Shown here piece by piece: positions 60,101-64,000 of a stretch of DNA of 64,000 nt. Below the pieces are notes generated by a model. It saw only the letters and a program-made list of their open reading frames with translations. It ran no database searches and was not told where the DNA came from. A program made the position numbers and the translations under genes. Source of the stretch: Nemertoderma westbladi (Eukaryota > Animalia > Xenacoelomorpha); the NCBI GenBank assembly GCA_032718475.1, contig JAUCBJ010006452.1:1-64000 (forward strand). The letters are read 5' to 3'. The number at the start of each line of letters is the position of its first letter. The first letter of the stretch is position 1.

Positions 60101-63100
60101 CACACTTTAGTAGTAACATTCACCTATAAACGCACAAATTCCACACAACTGTCTCCAATTGTACACATACAAGGCCATTTGTCCGTTAGTCAGTGCCTTC
60201 CAGAATGTCACGTTGTTATTGCGTATCCTTGGATACTAACAGTGTGCTATATTCTCTATGCTATGCAATGGGTCAAGCCTTTTATTGTTCCTTTTAACTC
60301 GTTTCTAATTCTAGCGTGGGTGTTGCCATGGTGACATTATGGAAAGCTAGCGGTAGAATTAGGGTAATTCTCATGCATACAGATCTGGGATGCTGTTTAA
60401 TAGTAATTCTTTGATTGTCAATATCCTCTTTATGCATGATTTTATAAATTTTATCGGCTATTGACTATATGTTGGAGATTCTCGCACTCTAGTACACTCA
60501 ATAGGATGAATCTCCGCTCCCGTGATCTATTAATTAATGGAATTTTGGGAATGTTATAAATTGCATAAAATGACAATTTATTAAATTCATTTAAGGATAT
60601 GAATTTAAATTTATTCCCGTGAATTTTATTATTTGATGGTAAAATTGACACAATTTTATTCCAGAGCATGTCTGGGGACCTAGGATCCTTAATTCTATAA
60701 AATTGTCTTTTAAGAGTATCGGTAAGTGCTGCGATATCTTAATTGACTAGAAATTTTAAAGGATCTGACATTTTACAGATTTTAATAAATATTAAATTAA
60801 TATTTAAGATGGGCACCGATTTATTCCAGAACTTGTCTGGGGACGTTAACCACTGATTCTAGAATTTGTCTTTCAAGTATATCGGTGGGTGCCGCGATAT
60901 CTTAATCGACTAGAATTACAGATGGTCAAAAAGGTTTAACAGATTTATTTGCGTTTTACGCTACTGTTAGAGGGACATCACGCTACTATATGTATTATTT
61001 AATATAAGGTAGAAGAGCAATATCGCACGAAGCAATGTCAGTGTGAAGAGGCAAGTCGTTTCCAAGGTCTACCCAGAGCTTGGTTTAGCCGAGACACGAG
61101 GATCTGAACTTTGCATTCCTAATACTCTGCCTACCAATAATACTTAAATATAGTAGGAGCTTTATTGTACTTTAATAAGTACGGACATGTCATCTTACTA
61201 TAGTCTCGCATTTATAATATAATACGGACAGTAAGGAAAGAGAAAAGAATTATTTCTCGCCGTCGCACTAGATATATTATATGTAATTACGTAATAAACA
61301 CTAATATATTGCACTAATCTACTAAATAATCTAAAATAACATTCTACTAAATAAAATTAAATAAAACGATTATAATAAAATACATAACAATCCATACATA
61401 AATATAAAATAATAAAAAAATATAAAATAATATAGTCACACACCCACTCCATATATAATTACGTTATGGAGTCCCTAGATCTTTGTCGAATTAGGGAAGT
61501 GGTCGTAGGAAGAGTATCTTGCCTTCCATGGTTTCCGGACAGTTTTCGGTCTCTTTCCAGTAAACCTAAGCGACCAGCTGGGCGATTAGGCTGTCGTGTT
61601 ACTTCCTCCGCTCCCTTGGCCTGTCTAATCTTCGCCGTGGTAAGATGAGGAGGCCATTCATCTTCTTCTTTACTTAGGGAGTCGGGTCCACCTAACCAGC
61701 CGGGAGTATCTATCCGTTCTTGAGGAGTTGCTCCTCTGGAAGCGATGTCGGCTAGATTAATCATCTCGGGGCGATGTCTCCATTGATCTACATTGGAGTT
61801 AATATCGTCATTATCTGAGGAGTATGGTGTTCCCTCAGTGGGTTCGTCCACCTCACTGCTCTCCTCTTCCCAATCCTTTACTTGAAGTAGCCGGTCTTGT
61901 GGCAATCTTTCTTCAAGAGTTCTGCGGGAAGGGCCAGTAAAGTACCAACCTACTCTAGTTCTTACCGCATAAGTTTGTAATGGCTGCGGTTGAGCAGGCC
62001 GTTTCTCCAATGTCTCGAGCGCCTCATGCGCGTTTTGGCCGATGAGGATTTGCACTCCAGGATAATCGGTTTGGAATCGAGGTATCTCAAGATGTTGGAT
62101 GCTCTCGTCCTCGTCCCAGTTATAAGGTTCTACTTGGGTAGTAGCGAAGTTCTTTATTGCCACCATTTTTACTGACCTTATACTTTGTTCTCCTAATTTA
62201 TCCTGTGGGGTGGACAACGCACCTATATAGTAATCTGCCGTTATGGTAGATTTCCAAACTTGCATAATTCCGGACATATTTAACTTAGTTCGGAATTTGG
62301 GTTGTCCAGCAAAGATGTCCTCGGCTAGTTCTTTGTCGATGAATGTTCCTGTACTGCCGGAGTCAAGGAGGGCATTCACTATGTAACTCTTATTAGGACC
62401 GTGAACTCTTACCTGTACCACAGGAAATTCTCGTATTCCTACGTGGGAGGTTGGAGCTTTCCAAGATGGTTGTCTGTCAAAGGTGGTTGGGGGGAACTCC
62501 GTGTCGGTGTCTTTTTCGTACGTAAGTGCTCGATACACTGCGGTATTTATTAGATAACAGGATTCGTTGGCATCGGAGAATTCGTCCGTATAGAATCCTT
62601 CCCACTCAGAACTTTGGTCAGTGTCGTTCACATCACTGAATTGGACATGTGATTTGGGCTCACTTACCTGACTCGGGCTGTTTCGTTCGAATTCCGTGTG
62701 CAACAAGCTATGATGTTTCGCGCCGCACTTAGCACACCTTGCGTCAGAGTAACAGGTTCGCCGCTGGTGTCCGCGTCTGAGACAGTTATAACACAACCGC
62801 TTATCCCACAGGACTCCACGTCTATCTGCCAGGGATTTCTTTAGGAATTCTGCACACGCACTCAAACGGTGGGGCCCGTCGCACAGCGCACATTTTGGTT
62901 TGATGTTACTCACTTTACCTTGGGTAATGTTATGCACTTTCGCTCGTTCTTCGGGCTTTCTTACCTGAATTCTGTTGGGAGACTGAGGAGGGGTCTTGGC
63001 AACCTGTTCTCTCCTATCATTGGTTCGAGACTTGTATTTACTTACGTCTTTTGGGGTTTTGTGGTCATAGTAAGATCTTGCTGTGTCTTTCCCGCTGTCC

Positions 63101-64000
63101 TCCTCATGGGAGGTCTGGCTTTCGCCCTCGTCTGTATAACACACGGGTATTATTCTTTTCCTAGAAACGGGTTTCTCACTTACCTGATTTTCCGATGTTT
63201 TCTCTCTGGACTGCTTTATGAGTTGTAGTTTGACCTCACCGTCTAGGAATGACATGAGATCAGCCATGGTAGGGCTCCGTCGTTGTTGCTCCATCATATA
63301 CAACACTTTCTTGTCCCAGCGAGTACATACTCCACCCTTTGGTAAAGTAGAGACTATGGCTCCAATAACCATGGAACTCTGATATTCATGAGACTTACCT
63401 AACCAATCCAATTGTCTACAGATCTCTTGAATCTCATCGGAAAACTCTATAATCTCGTTACTAAGGAACTTTCGGGGGGCTACTAGTTTTGCATACAAAT
63501 ACTTAGCTATGTTATCCTTATTACCATACCTGGTGTTTAATGTATCCCAAACTTGTCTTAATCCATTTGGATGTCCAATAAACTTCAACGCCATTAACTT
63601 GGGAGGTCCTTCCAAACATTTGATGAGGAATCTCAGTTTCTCTCCGCTAGATAGTACAGAGTTCTGTATGCTATCTTCGTAATATTCATTAAACGGTAAC
63701 CATTTCATCTCATCTCCATTGAATTTGACGATTTCTCCCACTTTGACCGCTTGGCGGGCTTCTGTTCTAGCCATCTGACGCGTAAAGCTTTCTTGGGCCA
63801 TCGTGTTATTTAATATCGAATTATCGGTATATAAATTTCTCGGATTATTATCAGGTCTATAGGGAATATCATTACCAACAGGTTTATAATCACCCTTAAT
63901 AGGGTTTGCTATAGGAGTTTCTACTTCGCTAGCAGTATAGATGCGTGTAGGCTCCACACCTTGCGCATGAAATACTTCAGGCCTAACAGGTTGACACATG
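57126..64000 (-). mobile_element. BEL/Pao B2, deletion derivative of family B (3' LTR 57126-58395; runs off the window)
   Basis: LTR related to B1, decayed and deleted accessory ORF (58455-59836), conserved spacer, gag-PR ORF. Confidence 0.93.
61459..63999 (-). CDS. gag-pro: B2 Gag-PR with in-frame deletions of RT/RH and IN (5' end outside window)
   Basis: Collinear with B1 up to SSDNDDI, jumps to DQWRH..ADIASRG..WLGGPD, then to the C-terminal RP.GRL.LLERDR. Confidence 0.9.
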   Translation of the reverse strand: MCQPVRPEVFHAQGVEPTRIYTASEVETPIANPIKGDYKPVGNDIPYRPDNNPRNLYTDNSILNNTMAQESFTRQMARTEARQAVKVGEIVKFNGDEMKWLPFNEYYEDSIQNSVLSSGEKLRFLIKCLEGPPKLMALKFIGHPNGLRQVWDTLNTRYGNKDNIAKYLYAKLVAPRKFLSNEIIEFSDEIQEICRQLDWLGKSHEYQSSMVIGAIVSTLPKGGVCTRWDKKVLYMMEQQRRSPTMADLMSFLDGEVKLQLIKQSREKTSENQVSEKPVSRKRIIPVCYTDEGESQTSHEEDSGKDTARSYYDHKTPKDVSKYKSRTNDRREQVAKTPPQSPNRIQVRKPEERAKVHNITQGKVSNIKPKCALCDGPHRLSACAEFLKKSLADRRGVLWDKRLCYNCLRRGHQRRTCYSDARCAKCGAKHHSLLHTEFERNSPSQVSEPKSHVQFSDVNDTDQSSEWEGFYTDEFSDANESCYLINTAVYRALTYEKDTDTEFPPTTFDRQPSWKAPTSHVGIREFPVVQVRVHGPNKSYIVNALLDSGSTGTFIDKELAEDIFAGQPKFRTKLNMSGIMQVWKSTITADYYIGALSTPQDKLGEQSIRSVKMVAIKNFATTQVEPYNWDEDESIQHLEIPRFQTDYPGVQILIGQNAHEALETLEKRPAQPQPLQTYAVRTRVGWYFTGPSRRTLEERLPQDRLLQVKDWEEESSEVDEPTEGTPYSSDNDDINSNVDQWRHRPEMINLADIASRGATPQERIDTPGWLGGPDSLSKEEDEWPPHLTTAKIRQAKGAEEVTRQPNRPAGRLGLLERDRKLSGNHGRQDTLPTTTSLIRQRSRDSIT

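Overview
Eukaryotic (invertebrate-like) DNA dominated by nested transposons. One minus-strand LINE (APE+RT) is split into three pieces (38723-39500, 17446-18568, 4865-5236) by two non-autonomous DNA transposons (5237-17445, TA TSD; 18569-38722, AATA TSD). Each of these holds a young BEL/Pao LTR retrotransposon (A1 5277-15889, TSD TTGGT; B1 19342-37900, TSD TAAAT). Relatives A2 (42546-47220) and B2 (57126->64000) are also present, with piggyBac, copia-like and CR1 relics and a few host exons (SAMD8/SMSr SAM exon, a signal-peptide exon, a Cys-rich GPI-type ORF). Two results stand out. (1) Both BEL families carry a homologous non-env accessory ORF after pol, with a WRN/EXD-type DEDDy 3'-5' exonuclease-like domain and three zinc knuckles. 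(2) None of the three visible 5' LTR junctions has a tRNA PBS; the bases directly after the LTR are instead complementary to a segment inside the LTR, suggesting self-priming. All calls were made by eye, without database searches.
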